From contig NC_092671.1 in the NCBI RefSeq assembly GCF_964355755.1, forward strand, positions 8,866,001 through 8,930,000: a stretch of 64,000 nt of DNA, in the 5' to 3' direction. Of the stretch, positions 29,201 through 39,996 are shown piece after piece. Numbering within the stretch: the stretch's first letter is position 1; each line of letters opens with the position of its first letter. The translations under genes were made by a program, and so were the position numbers. Below the pieces are notes generated by a model that saw only the letters and a list, made by a program, of their open reading frames with translations, was not told where the DNA came from and searched no databases. Source of the DNA: Antedon mediterranea (taxonomy: Eukaryota; Animalia; Echinodermata).

Positions 29201-32200
29201 ATGATCCAGTCTATCATCACACACCAGCGGATTCAACTCCTGGTTTTTAATTCTGCAGTTCTGTCTCTTGACAACCAATGATAGCAGCCATGTTCTGTCG
29301 CTCTTTTAAATTTTAACCTGCACATCAAACTGGTTAGTTGTCGTATGCATTGATTTCAGTCCTAATATTGGTTATCGGATCGTTGCTTCTGTAACCGAGA
29401 GGTTTATACAATGTCAAATATTGTTTTTCAAGCTAGAAAAAACTTCAAAATGTGCCAGTCAATGAATACCTCTGGTGTGAGATGTACTTGGATTATAGCA
29501 TGCTTATTTAGTATGGTTATAATATTCATATATTTTGTATATACTTATACTTGTGATGATCTGACAAAAACATATTTCTTTTTAACAATGTATATGTGTA
29601 TATATAATACAGCGTAGTATTTGTAATAACAAGTCTGTTGCATAATATTAATAGTCGTAATAATTTAATCCTTAACAATTTAGTAGTGTTAATTTGAAAA
29701 GCAATAAGCAATAGAAAATCCTCTACATCATCACCAACTCTCCAGAACTGAAACTTTATTGAAAACAGAAAACATCAGAATTCTCTTTCTCGTACTCTTA
29801 TGCATTCTGAAAACAGACGTTCTGGAGACAATTTTGACCCAGCTCGTACTATTCAGGTTGCACTATGAAGCTCTGTCTACACCATCAAACTAGTTTGACA
29901 AAAAAAGTGTGATGTGCCCAAATATGGTAGTGATGGTGGTGGCTTTACTCGTTTTATGCAGTACACTCTGTCCTCCCGCTTGAATTTCTTACAAAAATTC
30001 TTTGTGTAATCCTCAAGATTTGACATGCTGTTTTCACTAAATCCCCCTTTTTGAATGAAACTGGCTACAGAAAATAATGTAACCATACTTTTTAATCTAT
30101 CTATATTTGTAGCGCATTATGTGTATAATTGTCTGAATTACTATGCTCATTAATATATTGCCACCTAGCTTTACAATAACTAAATCATAACTACTTAGTG
30201 TAGGTCTGAACATGCCCTAAAAATTGTTTTTTCCAGCTTGGTGTTATATTACCTCTTCTTCCAGATCCAACAACTGTAAGTATATAATAACTACAAACCT
30301 AATTTTATATTATAGAAACTAACGTAACAATTGTCTACTAATTTATGAGTTAAATGTTTTCATATAATTATACATGTGTCTATAGCACGTATGTGTATCT
30401 ACATTATATCTGCCAATGTAGTAGTTCTAAAATATAGATTAAGAGGATTCTATAGAATAATGTTATTAATAATTCTAGTAATGGGCTTATGGTGGCAAAA
30501 TAGCTGACATATTAGTACTACTGGAGTTATATTGGAAATTCCTTGTGTGCCTGTTACTGCGCATTAAATTAAAGATAAATTATGAATTAAAACCATAATC
30601 ATTGGAAGAGTAGAATCTGAGCACTGGAATATGTGCAAACTGTCATCATCAAAATTATTGTACTACTTGATAGCATATTGAGAGCACCAATTATATGTAT
30701 AATAGTATTGCAATAGTAGTATATGGTAGAGCACCAATTACATGTATAATAGTATGGCATAAGACACTAATAACATACCATTTGAATGTTTAGGCACCAC
30801 CCAGACAGATAGAACCTACTGATTCAGGAGTTAAACCAACAATAGGAGACGTTTTACAAGCTGATGATGGTGATGAAATGGTAGGTTTGTTTTAGCAGTT
30901 TTGTAAAATAATGGATTTTCCCTATAGGTAAAAAGACAAACTTCTAACAAATTTCAACTTTGTGAAGTTTGTTTGATCAACCATAATGTGGGATCCATGA
31001 TCTCCAGAGGCTAATTTCTAAAAATGGTTGAAATCCTATCTTGTCGGATATTTGTGTCTGAATCCACTTTTATGACATGTTTTGAATTAGCTATAGTATA
31101 TGGCTATTCTCCATATCCAAATTCTGACAATTGACTGATTCTACATACATGGTGCTAAGTTGAATTTACACTTTCTTTCTGTATAGCAAGTTCTTTTTCA
31201 TGTAAAATAAGCTATATACAATACCCCAGTTTAGCCAAAGAGAAGAAAAGAGTTGATATCAAGTTGTACAGGACACACCGTGAAAGCTCCAGTGGCTGTG
31301 GCATAGTCCAATTGAGCAGAATACTATGTTGAAATCTCTGTTTTTGTCAACTATTTTCAGTCTTTCAGAAAATCTATTTCTTATCTTTGTTTTATGTTTA
31401 TTGCTTCTTTCAGTTATACATGTATGCATTGAACGAACCATTGGATGCCTTTCAATACAGTTCCAGCAGTATGGGTGGAATAAGCAGAGTAGATTATAAA
31501 TGTTACAAAGAAGCTCAGCGGATGGGCTTGAAGGGCACATTCCGAGCTTTCCTTTCATCTGATTTACAAGATCTACGATCAATAGTTAGAAGGAATGATC
31601 GCACATTACCAGTTGTTAATTCAAAGGTTGGTAAAATCCACTGTTCCTCTTTCACGTGGTTCCAATTCCAGCTCCGTGCAATGACTTGGCTTATGAAAGC
31701 AACAGTCCAGTAGAATTAAATGTGTTAATTGCATTTCATTATTATTTCCTTTATCTTCTATTATTATACCATTGTACACAAACTTATCAGGCCAGCAGTA
31801 TAATTCTGTGGTACATGGTGTAACGGCTATGTGCGCTCACTGGCTAAACCCAGAAGCCCTGGAAGAAAACGCGCATTAAAACACAGTACTGTCGAAAAAG
31901 GCTAAACAATTCCTGAAGCCTTTACTGTTGGAGGGTCACTTAGAGTTCCTAAGCCAGGGGCCTCTGCGTTACATCACTGCCTATATTTGTCCTCTGTGCG
32001 TAACTTATTATGATGATTATAATTAAGTTACAATAGTTAATATGAATGGACCTACTTCCTCAAATAAGCAAGATACATACTATCTACATAAACGTAATAG
32101 TCTTACAAAATCAAAAAAACTACTTTAAACCACTCCACATAAATATTCTTTTTATCATTTTAATATTCTTTGTGAATTACAGAAAGAAATTCTCTTTAAA

Positions 32201-32659
32201 AAATGGGATGATATGTTTAATGGCACAGAAGCCACATTTAATAGCAGAGTTCATATATATTCATTCAATGGAAAAGATGTAATGTCAGATGAATCCACGT
32301 GGTAAGTATCTGCAGTTCAACAAATACATTACTTTCATTTGTATGTGTTACATAGGACAATTATGCCATCAGGTCATTGACCTATAAATTACAATATGTC
32401 ATTATGCCAATAATTTCCATGTTAATTTTATCAATTTATTCTCTATAGGCCTGAGAAATATGTTTGGCATGGATCTTTTAGTGACGGAAGTAGAAATGAA
32501 CAGCATTATTGTAACCAATGGGTAGCTTCAGATCCAACAGCAGTGGGTCAAGCAAGTTCATTGACCCAGCATAAACTATTAGGTCAAAGACGTCATTCCT
32601 GTCAAAGCAAATTGGTTGTTCTATGTGTACAAAATGCTCAGCTGAATGTTAGAAAATAA
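8202..32659 (+). CDS. COL15A1/COL18A1: Multiplexin collagen (collagen alpha-1(XV)/(XVIII)-like), 5'-incomplete multi-exon gene
   Basis: In-frame GT-AG exons: 8202-8315, 9864-10386, 10724-10777, 15712-15845, 17943-18029, 19929-19964, 20125-20196, 20357-20467, 21685-21732, 21932-22117, 22539-22592, 22687-22731, 22935-23075, 23389-23430, 23576-23665, 23839-23874, 24042-24077, 24231-24275, 24506-24643, 24787-25008, 25260-25340, 25469-25594, 25712-25783, 26149-26193, 26406-26429, 26559-26609, 26817-26886, 27208-27269, 27427-27516, 28070-28132, 28225-28291, 28654-28754, 29050-29178, 30237-30275, 30794-30880, 31414-31626, 32183-32301, 32449-32659 (TAA). All phases join. Product: interrupted Gly-X-Y, GSG motifs, trimerization domain and C-terminal endostatin. 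The signal peptide/TSPN exons were not found and are presumably upstream of the window. Confidence 0.93.
12225..12270 (-). ncRNA. Candidate degenerate minimal hammerhead-like motif in the Penelope pLTR
   Basis: Minus strand reads TTGAGAAG-GATCTCT(GAT)AGAGATC-GAAACGTTC: a perfect stem II between a CUGANGA-like box and GAAAC, just 3' of the ORF, where PLE hammerheads are known to lie. The core is non-canonical and stem I is not evident. Confidence 0.4.
12281..13447 (-). CDS. Penelope RT C-terminal half plus GIY-YIG endonuclease (truncated)
   Basis: 388-aa ORF with YVDD RT motif and GVIY...YIG motif; N-terminal RT motifs lost at the 5' truncation near 13476. Confidence 0.88.
   Translation of the reverse strand: MGSPISPILANLYLEWLEHQAINTAPTNIKPVYWKRYVDDVLAIIPIGTVHTFNTHLNNIDITDNIKFTTESMTNNTIPFLDMLITLNDNGTVTTSVYRKPTHTDQYLHFNSHHPLEHKLGLINTLVDRAEKVVGDMDLRKVEMDNIKKALHNCQYPEWSFQRVMENRKRKKNKGHEPQKEKIKMRGSIGIPYVKGMAERIRRTLSYHNVGTYFLPQNKIKNSLVHPKDKIEKMDTCGVIYEVTCRNCPQVYIGETGRALQTRINDHKKDVTTNTGGVMTRASRTSTSSIIHKSAITEHVIKHNHVPNWEATILTKEPKRKDRQIRESLHIRRNKEKTMNRDTGAHELSHLYNDLIDTSPGRAPHNLQPTTGGVRRHQQMTSRMTKLH
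15945..16125. repeat. Minisatellite, 22-bp unit, about 8 copies
   Basis: Head-to-tail ccaaa(c/t)ttttggacaatggtgg variants without spacers. Confidence 0.85.
17796..17872. mobile_element. Internally deleted hAT-like MITE (family shared with 31794-31979)
   Basis: cagtggtgtaacacagaggcc...ccctggtttagagaccctaagt...catagccactg matches the reverse complement of 31820-31979. Confidence 0.5.
19520..19798. repeat. Minisatellite, ~50-bp unit, about 5.5 copies
   Basis: Tandem gagctgtgtgaaaaggctttaaatgaacttttaactgactgaaagagagt with small indels. Confidence 0.9.
22280..22433. repeat. Two-copy ~83-bp tandem repeat with internal palindrome (probable transposon remnant)
   Basis: tcaaaacattgggttgc(a/g)acccataggttgcgaacc...ttttagctgcaagataatgc occurs twice; tgggttgcaaccca is palindromic. 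Confidence 0.65.
23229..23357. mobile_element. MITE (PIF/Harbinger-like)
   Basis: Inverted termini agctctgtctacactat ... atagtgtagacaaacct in a TAA/TTA context, palindromic interior; a partial second copy lies at 29869-29935. Confidence 0.7.
25084..25148. mobile_element. Tc1/mariner-type mini MITE
   Basis: TA-CAGTAGAA ... TTCTACTG-TA termini with TA target. Confidence 0.5.
27598..27858 (+). mobile_element. tRNA-derived SINE (degenerate)
   Basis: A-box-like gtgtctgagcagttaagac, B-box-like ggttcaaggc, 3' stem actgga...tccagt and an A-rich tail; intronic. Confidence 0.55.
29050..29178 (+). CDS. Collagen XV/XVIII trimerization-domain exon
   Basis: [43 protein letters not shown] resembles the GxLxFx...L(Y/F)IRVxxG(W/F) multiplexin trimerization signature. 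Confidence 0.85.
29869..29935. mobile_element. Partial copy of the 23229-23357 MITE
   Basis: agctctgtctacaccatcaaactagtttgac...gtgtgatgtgcccaaatatggtagtgat shared with that element. Confidence 0.65.
31414..32659 (+). CDS. Endostatin (NC1) domain, three exons
   Basis: ALNEP...[14 protein letters not shown]...[18 protein letters not shown]...PVVNSK / LFKKW...[10 protein letters not shown]...WP / KYVWHGS...YCNQW...GQASSL...[13 protein letters not shown]; four conserved cysteines. Confidence 0.95.
31794..31979. mobile_element. hAT-like MITE (family shared with 17796-17872)
   Basis: tggtgtaacggctatg ... gcgttacatcactg inverted ends; homologous to 17796-17872 in the opposite orientation. Confidence 0.5.
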
Positions 32660-33929
32660 TTTATTTTTATATATTTTTTGTGAATATTTTTTGTATCAAT
32701 ATATTCTCTTTTTAATCTGTATGAAAGTTTTACAATATAAATTCCAGATTGGTTAAGAGAGTGAAGCCTGTCTGAACAAATGATTAAATTACAGGCCTAA
32801 AAAACAAATTGATGAGAGTTTGTGATAGTCAATTTTTGGTTGACTTTTTGAAAGGGGTGTTTTTTATTGTCAAAAAGGAAAGAATAGGCAAATGCTGAAT
32901 TTATCAACATTTTTAAAACTGTTGTTTTTGTTTTTAACTTTTGTTATTGTTGTATGTGCCAAAATGTTTTTCTTTTCTTAAACAATTCTCTTTGCTTTTG
33001 TAATGTGGATAGGTCTTTCATCCTTCACAAACAATTGTGTGACAGATTTAATGTTTTTGATTTAACATGTTCTATCAATTTAGTTTTGTTCATCTGTAAT
33101 TTATGGTAATTTTTATGCATGTATAGATTAAAATCTCATTTTATAAAACTTTATACTCGAAAACTATGCAATTTTGTTATATTTTATAACTCAACTATAA
33201 TATATGTACTTAAGGTAAAGTCCATGTTAAATTTTTATAGTAGAAGATGCCGTTTTTTACAAAAATTTTAATAAGCAAATTAGGATAGGTTTTAATTAGA
33301 CTTACATTTTACATATGACAATAATTATCAAGTTTGAAAGTGGGGACTTTCTTAAAAAGATTTTTTTTTTCAAATTGGCTACAATGAATTTCAGGTGAGG
33401 TTTGCTATGGCTACTCTATCCTCTATTTCCAAAGTCATGTGGAATAATTGATTTAGGAATATTTAATTATTATCATTATTGAATTTATTACAGTAGCATT
33501 GTACCAGAATACGAACCATTATCACCGCTGGAGTCTAGATATTATTACAGTATTCTTTTAGCTTTTATTTTTGTACTATACACATTTTATAAACTGTACA
33601 TTTGACATTTTGCTGCAACATATATGTAGATGCGTTAATAAATATTTTTATGATGTCCAGATATGAATTCAGCTAAGCTCAATTTCACTGCATGCTTTTT
33701 TTCTGTTATAAAATGTAAAAATTGTAAACAAAATATAATTATTTTTACATTTTTTAGGAAAATGTCTTGTACTGTACGTCATGTTAAAAATAAGGTAATT
33801 TTATTATGACAGCTTAAGAGTATTTTAGTTTAGAATTTATGAAGGGATATCATATTTATTTACCATCTGTACAGGGTTTATTATAGAAAACATTTGGTTC
33901 AGTTCAAGTCAATGTATTTTGATTTCATA

Positions 33930-33945
33930 TTTATTGCTAAATAAA
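33930..33945. terminator. Candidate bidirectional polyadenylation signal (TTTATT-gcta-AATAAA)
   Basis: Minus-strand AATAAA at 33930-33935 is the first canonical signal I find downstream of the caspase stop; plus-strand AATAAA at 33940-33945 is followed by GT-rich sequence. An earlier + strand AATAAA exists at 33637-33642. Confidence 0.5.
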
Positions 33946-34428
33946 GTGTAAATTGTAGTCGTGTATATACACATTTGTTACATAATACCTGTATATCTCT
34001 AAGTTAATATCTAATGCTACGTACAATACTATCAATTTCATGAGCTATATCTTATAGCTGTATTTAGGCCTACCCTAACCTTAAAATTCACTGTAAAATC
34101 AGAATTAATATTACAAAAATACTACATTTAAAATACTACTGTATTATAAATATACAATTCTTAATTATTATGTTTACACAAAGTTTTAACAAGGGATGTA
34201 GGAATGTTTTACAAAATTTTACAATGGAATGGTATTGTATTATTAATATAAAAGTTTGACCAGGACTATAAGTATAAATTCAAAACAGTATTTAAAATTC
34301 ACGATTTCAGTAAAAAAATTTAAGAGGAAAATAAATTTTAAAATAACCCATAAACCCTGAATATATACATACCATACATTATTATATATGTGTACAGAAT
34401 AGAGCCAACCATGAAACAAGTCAAAATC

Positions 34429-36256
34429 TTAATTAAAATACAGACGTTTTCTGAGACTAAATTGAATGTCTGGGGTTTGTCCACGACATCCTTCAAATTC
34501 CTCTTCAATGACTTTTCTGGTAACAATAGTTAGCATACTTAGTATATCTAATTCTTTATAGTGCTTTGTCAAGACCTCTGTTAAATGTTTAATATAGACA
34601 GAGCCAGAAGGAGTAAGTTTTGATTTTCTACCTGGAGAAGTAGAGTAGGCAAAAAGAAAATCTGCCTCATTAGTAATAGACCCCTCACCTTTGCCTGCAT
34701 TACCATCACCATTTGACATACTATTATAATTAAAATTATCACTACTAACACTACCAAAGGCGTTTGTAATCATGTCAAAATCAATTTTGGGTTCATAGGA
34801 ATCACCCCGACATGTCTCAATGAAAAAAACTTTTGGTTTATATGCAAGGGCTGGGCATTCGGCAGAATTTAACGATTTAGCAATTTTCTCTATCTGGACT
34901 GTTTCTCCATCAACCCCAGTTACATAACCATTGTTACCATGAGACATTATGCAAACGACAAAACAGTCCTCTGAAATGCCATCATTCTTGGGTCTTGCTT
35001 TTTCAACTTCTTTCAAGATGTTCTTGCCGCTTAAGTTTTTTTTCTCTGTGACAACAAACTTCATCCTTTCAAATAGTGTTTTTAGCTTCCCTGTAAAACA
35101 AATAATAAATACAAATTGGGTTTGTTTGGGCCAAAATATTCTGATCACTTTTAATGAATTCCAACTATTACTTATGTTGCAGTACCCACTGCTTATTTGA
35201 AATCGAGATATGAGAAAGAATTAGAAACGGCATTAACTTACAAATTATTTGCATTTTATTTCTATTAAATAGCTTATGTTGGTTACACATCATGTATTTA
35301 CAGTATTACAGAAAAAGAATTTAGATGGAAAGTAGTAGCACATAGAACACTCTTGTGTATACCTGGGTCCTCTTTAGAGCCTGTGCGTGTTTCAGGAATG
35401 CCACCTTCAAAGTCAATATTGTTTATGATAATGCATTGTCCACGTGGATTGCTTTCCATACTGTATCGCTGACCCTCTAGAATTAAAATGAAAAATATAC
35501 CAGCTACTTGGAACAGTTTTTTTTTTAAAGGTTTGTATACTCATATAATATAACAACATACTTGAAATATTACCTTGCTCATACTCTTGTACTTGACGTT
35601 GTATGCCTTTCATTCCAATCACACTGGCAATTGATCTCAATAAATCTACATTTTCAGGCCCTATTTTTTCAATATCTTCCAATGCTTGCATCACTTGAAT
35701 TGGATAACTTAGTTCTTCCTGTTTTGCTTTCGTAATAACAGTCAGTGCCACAAGTTTGAGTTTGTCAAAGTCGCTGCCCGTTATCAAATCTGAGCACCTC
35801 AACACCATTCTCCTAAACATATATTGTTTTTGTTTAATTATGTAGTGCTACTGTACATTGATCACTAAAATTAATTAAAAAAACCTTCCTTTACAAATTT
35901 AAAACTACAGTATTAAGTGTAGGCCTATTGTTATAAATCATTAAAACACACCTGTATGATGGTATACTCTTCTTATTCAGTGTTATTTGTCCAACCTCCT
36001 TTTCTAAAATTGCTATTACATTATCCTTTCTTAATAGAATCAACAGCTCCTTAAGTAGTGTAAAATTGGTTTTAGAAATAAGTAATCTCTCGTGTAACAT
36101 CTCAAAGATTTCATAACAATACTTGCAATCATTCAGTTTGCCAAGTGGAAGGTCGAACTCTGGATGGCTACACAAGTACATTAACTTATGTTTATCATGG
36201 TGGTCAAGTTCGTTAGAGATTTTGATGAACAGAAGTGTAGGCTTTTCAGAGGTCAT
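34429..36256 (-). CDS. CASP8: Tandem-DED caspase (caspase-8/10/c-FLIP-like) with atypical ETCRG active site
   Basis: Exons 36256-35952 (DED1, MTSEK...RKD), 35812-35574 (DED2), 35476-35363 (YSMESNPRGQCIIINN...RTGS), 35090-34429 (CIMSHG, CPALAYKPKVFFIETCRG, EADFLFAYST, GSVYI, QTP...SLRKRLYF); GT-AG junctions and phases 2/1/1 are consistent. The symbol denotes family, not proven orthology. Confidence 0.9.
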
Positions 36257-36756
36257 TGCTGAATCACCTAAACTTAATCAGAAAACAAAAACATTGCAGT
36301 TTTCACTTGCACTGTGAAATTGTGATAGCAAAATAATTTACATGAAGTGGATGGTTAGATTTTTTTACAAAATATGAATTGAATTGAACTACTTGGTGTT
36401 TTTTTTAGATAATTTGCATGTAATCACACAGGAATGCAATTTAAAATTGTGTGGATAAGAAAGCCACATAAAATGTTTTAAAATTATTAATTATCTCACT
36501 ATTTGATGGTTCATTTTCGTACAGTATGTTCAATTTTGTAGGCAGATAATTTTCCCTGAATGTTTCCCTTTCCGGACATATGAAACCAGTACTAAATTGT
36601 ACCAGGGTCTTTTCTAGTGGCTAAGCCTAGGCTTAACTATTGGTAGGTCACCGTCCCTCTAGTAGGCCTAGTTTTTAATTAAGGCATTTTTAAATTTAAA
36701 TTAAATTATGGACCATTGGATCATCACCAACATAGTTTTGAAGTTCTATTGTTCTT

Positions 36757-36915
36757 ACCGTACAAGTATCTACCAGTAAATAATAAATTGAACAAACTTG
36801 GAATACGCCAATCTAACCAAAGAGTTTACTGTTATAAACTCTTTGAACAATACCAGAAATCCCGTCTGGAAATTCCAAAATATTGGGCGTGTGAGGGTAA
36901 CTTGAGGGCGGTATG
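36757..36915 (-). promoter_or_regulatory. Probable non-coding first exon and proximal promoter of the caspase
   Basis: Minus-strand donor CG|GTAAGA at 36758 pairs with acceptor TTTAG at about 36271 just upstream of the ATG; kappaB-like CAGAAATCCC (36854-36863) and TGGAAATTCC (36867-36876), a CCAAT box and two GC-box-like motifs (tgggcgtg, agggcggt) cluster here. Confidence 0.45.
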
Positions 36916-37302
36916 ACTATAATGAGTGATATCATACATGTTACCTGTTAGGCCTCTCATTATGTCCACCACGAGGTCACAGATGCAGTAAATTAACGAT
37001 TAATTATCAATAATAGTGGCTTGCCTCTATCTACCCTACGAAATACCATAAATCTTCTAATTGTAACCCTTTATTCTTTCTTTATTAAAAACAAACCAAT
37101 TGGCAGCAAATCTGCTGAATTGCATGGTAAGGGACAATATACATTCAAAAGACAAGTAAAGTAATAGTCATCGCAATTACAAAACCCTTGGGTTACTATT
37201 AGAGTGTGGGTTACTATTAGAAGATTTACGGTACAAGCCAGTAGCAAATGTGTACAGTAAGCCTCATGCATCATTCTATTTTCTTTATTTACTTCATGCA
37301 TG

Positions 37303-39991
37303 TTTTTTTTTTTTTTTTCTCTTTCGTGGTCACCCACATTTATTCATTCCTTTTACAAATATATATTATATAACATACATACATTTTTATAAAAATAAAG
37401 AACAATAAAATTTAATATAACAGCTAAAAAGGCACTATATCTATACATGTACATAAAATCGATGGAGTAAAAGTATGCTTTAAAAACGTACATTTTTTGT
37501 TTATTGCAAGTTATAGTAAAAGTACGACTATTTATCATTTCAATTTACTTTATATTAAGAAATGTATTAAAAAGTAGCTGTTTCTTTTATATCTTAAATC
37601 AGTACTCATACTTTGTTTCTTTATTTCTTTTTACCTTATATTACATCCGTTACAAATATATACACACATACACACATTAATATACCTATTTACATTTACG
37701 AATCAGTTTAATAATAGTTATTATAAACACATTATATGCTACTTTTTATGTTTTGGCCTTGTATAACATTTGTTTCATTCCACTATTTCTAGCCTATTCC
37801 TTTAAAGTTCTTTTCTTACTATGTTGGCCCTTTACATTTACCAGTTTGTTTACTTATATGTTTGACCGTGTGTTTCAGTCTATGTTTTACCCTAATACAT
37901 TTATTTCTATCATGTATTAGTTTTAGCATAAGTCTAGGTGTTAGTTTTACACTACAGCTTGTACTAGTTTTATATTTTTCTTATTTTATGAATTCTAATA
38001 ATTTCATTTTAACATCATTCCATTTTATAACTGCTTTATACTGATTACATGCGTATTCATTTTCTATAAGATTTTTTAATTCAAACTTAAACATATTCAA
38101 GATACTTTTTGATTCGTTACCCATCATGTTATCTAATAAACTAAGCCTTATGCGGGATTTGTATATACAAAACGTAAAGATAGATGTTAGCTCATTTACA
38201 AGTTTATCTTTGGAACCAGTAACTATATCAAACCAATGTATTGGCGTTTCATTAGGAAAACATTCAACAATATTATTGAATTTCCTCCAAACTGGCTTAA
38301 TCACTTTACACTTAAGTAACATATGTTCTTCATTTTCTATCACATTCTTACATCTATCGCAAATATTAGTTTTTGACAATTTCCAAATATGTAATCTTTT
38401 ATTACAAACAAGTATGCAATGTAAAAGTTTAAAATTGAATTGCGCAACTTTTACCATATGTTTCATATCTTTGACTTTATTATTCCATATTTTGCTCCAT
38501 ACCATAGTCTTATTTAAAAACTCTGCTTCCCATTTTACTTGGGAGATTGGCACTGTCTTTAGTTCAAATATAAACTTATCATAAAAACCTGTTTTAACAT
38601 TTGATTTGAATAATTCATTTTTAATATCAACATTAACTTGTTCTTTCTCTAATCTATGTCGTGCCAATACTTCCTTCCATTCAATAGGAATAGCATTCAT
38701 GAGCTTGAAGTATTCTATTATCCCATTATGCTTTACTAATAACGTGGGAATTAAATCTCTAAGACTTACAATTGTGTTATTGACCAAAATGTCACCAATT
38801 GTTTTATAGCCCGACTTTAACCAATCTTTGAAGTATAAAGACTTTCCGTCTGACAGTATATGTTTATTTTCCCACAAGCTTTGAGATTTAATTTCCTGTA
38901 AATTTTGAGGATCTAACATTTCAATATTATTTATTTTCACAATTGCATTAATCATATTTAAATAAAATTCAGGCATAATTTATAATTGTTTATGCTCTTC
39001 AAAATTAAGCTTACATTTCCACTTGCCTGGGTCTGGGCTAAGTAGTCTCTTAACCCAGTTTAGCTTTAATGAGTTCACAACTACATAAAAATCAATCATA
39101 TTAACCCCTCCTTCTTCTATTTTATTTATAAGTGTTTTCCTCTTAATCTTTTCTTTTTTATTTCCCCATAGGAATCTATACAGTAACTTCTCTACCATTG
39201 GAAATACATGTTTTGGTACATTGATAATACTAGCATTGTATATTAATTTTGAAATTGCTAGACTTTTTATTATTATCATTTTTCCAAAGAAGGTAACGTG
39301 TCGTTTTTCCCATAGCCTTAAAGTATGTTCTAACTCCATAATTTTATCATCCCAGTTTTTTTTTTCACAAACACCTTTTTTATAGCCTACATAAATTCCG
39401 AGGAATTTCACTGGCTCTTTCGTCCAAGTGATACCACAAGGGGTTGCTAGGTTATTCTGAATTGATCCAATCCAGATTCCTTTACATTTTCCTTTATTTA
39501 GCTTCAACCCTGAAATATTACAAAATGCATTGATTTCAGTGAAAAAATATTTTAAACTATTTTCACCTGACGTAAAAATCACAGTGTCATCAGCGAGCTG
39601 AGCTATTTTCACAATATTATCAATATCTTTATTCTCAGGTAATTCAATTCCCTTACACAATGGATTATTCCTTATATTTATTGCCATTACCTCGACTACA
39701 ACTGTAAATAATAGTGCAGACAATGGGCAACCTTGACGTACTCGACATTCCATATTAAAACTGTTTGAAACAGTCATGGCTCCTGGTATTTGCTTTTCTT
39801 TCGTATAAGACAACACATCTTCAACTAGTCTAATATTTTCTCCTCCAAATCTCTCATTAATATATCCTTTTTGATCATTACTGATAATAGACCCTAATAC
39901 TTTTTTTAGTCTGTTTGAAAGAGCATGTGCCATTATTTTGTAATCTACATTTAGCAATGTAATTGGTCTCCAGTTTTCGAGACACTCTCTT
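37303..39991 (-). mobile_element. 5'-truncated L1/Tx1-clade LINE
   Basis: ORF2 remnants 38980-39996 (NWRPITLLNVDYKI, VRQGCPLS, QLADDT) and 37981-38976 (C-terminal CDRC...EHMLLKC zinc knuckle); 3' UTR with AATAAA and poly(A) tail at 37303-37318; TSD TTCATGCATG(TTT) at 37293 and 39992. Confidence 0.9.
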
Positions 39992-39996
39992 TTCAT
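37981..39996 (-). pseudogene. Disrupted L1/Tx1 ORF2 (RT plus zinc knuckle)
   Basis: In-frame stop at 38980-38982; the DxxKAFD motif region is missing (IPGA joined to MTVSN near 39778); the endonuclease domain is absent. Confidence 0.85.
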
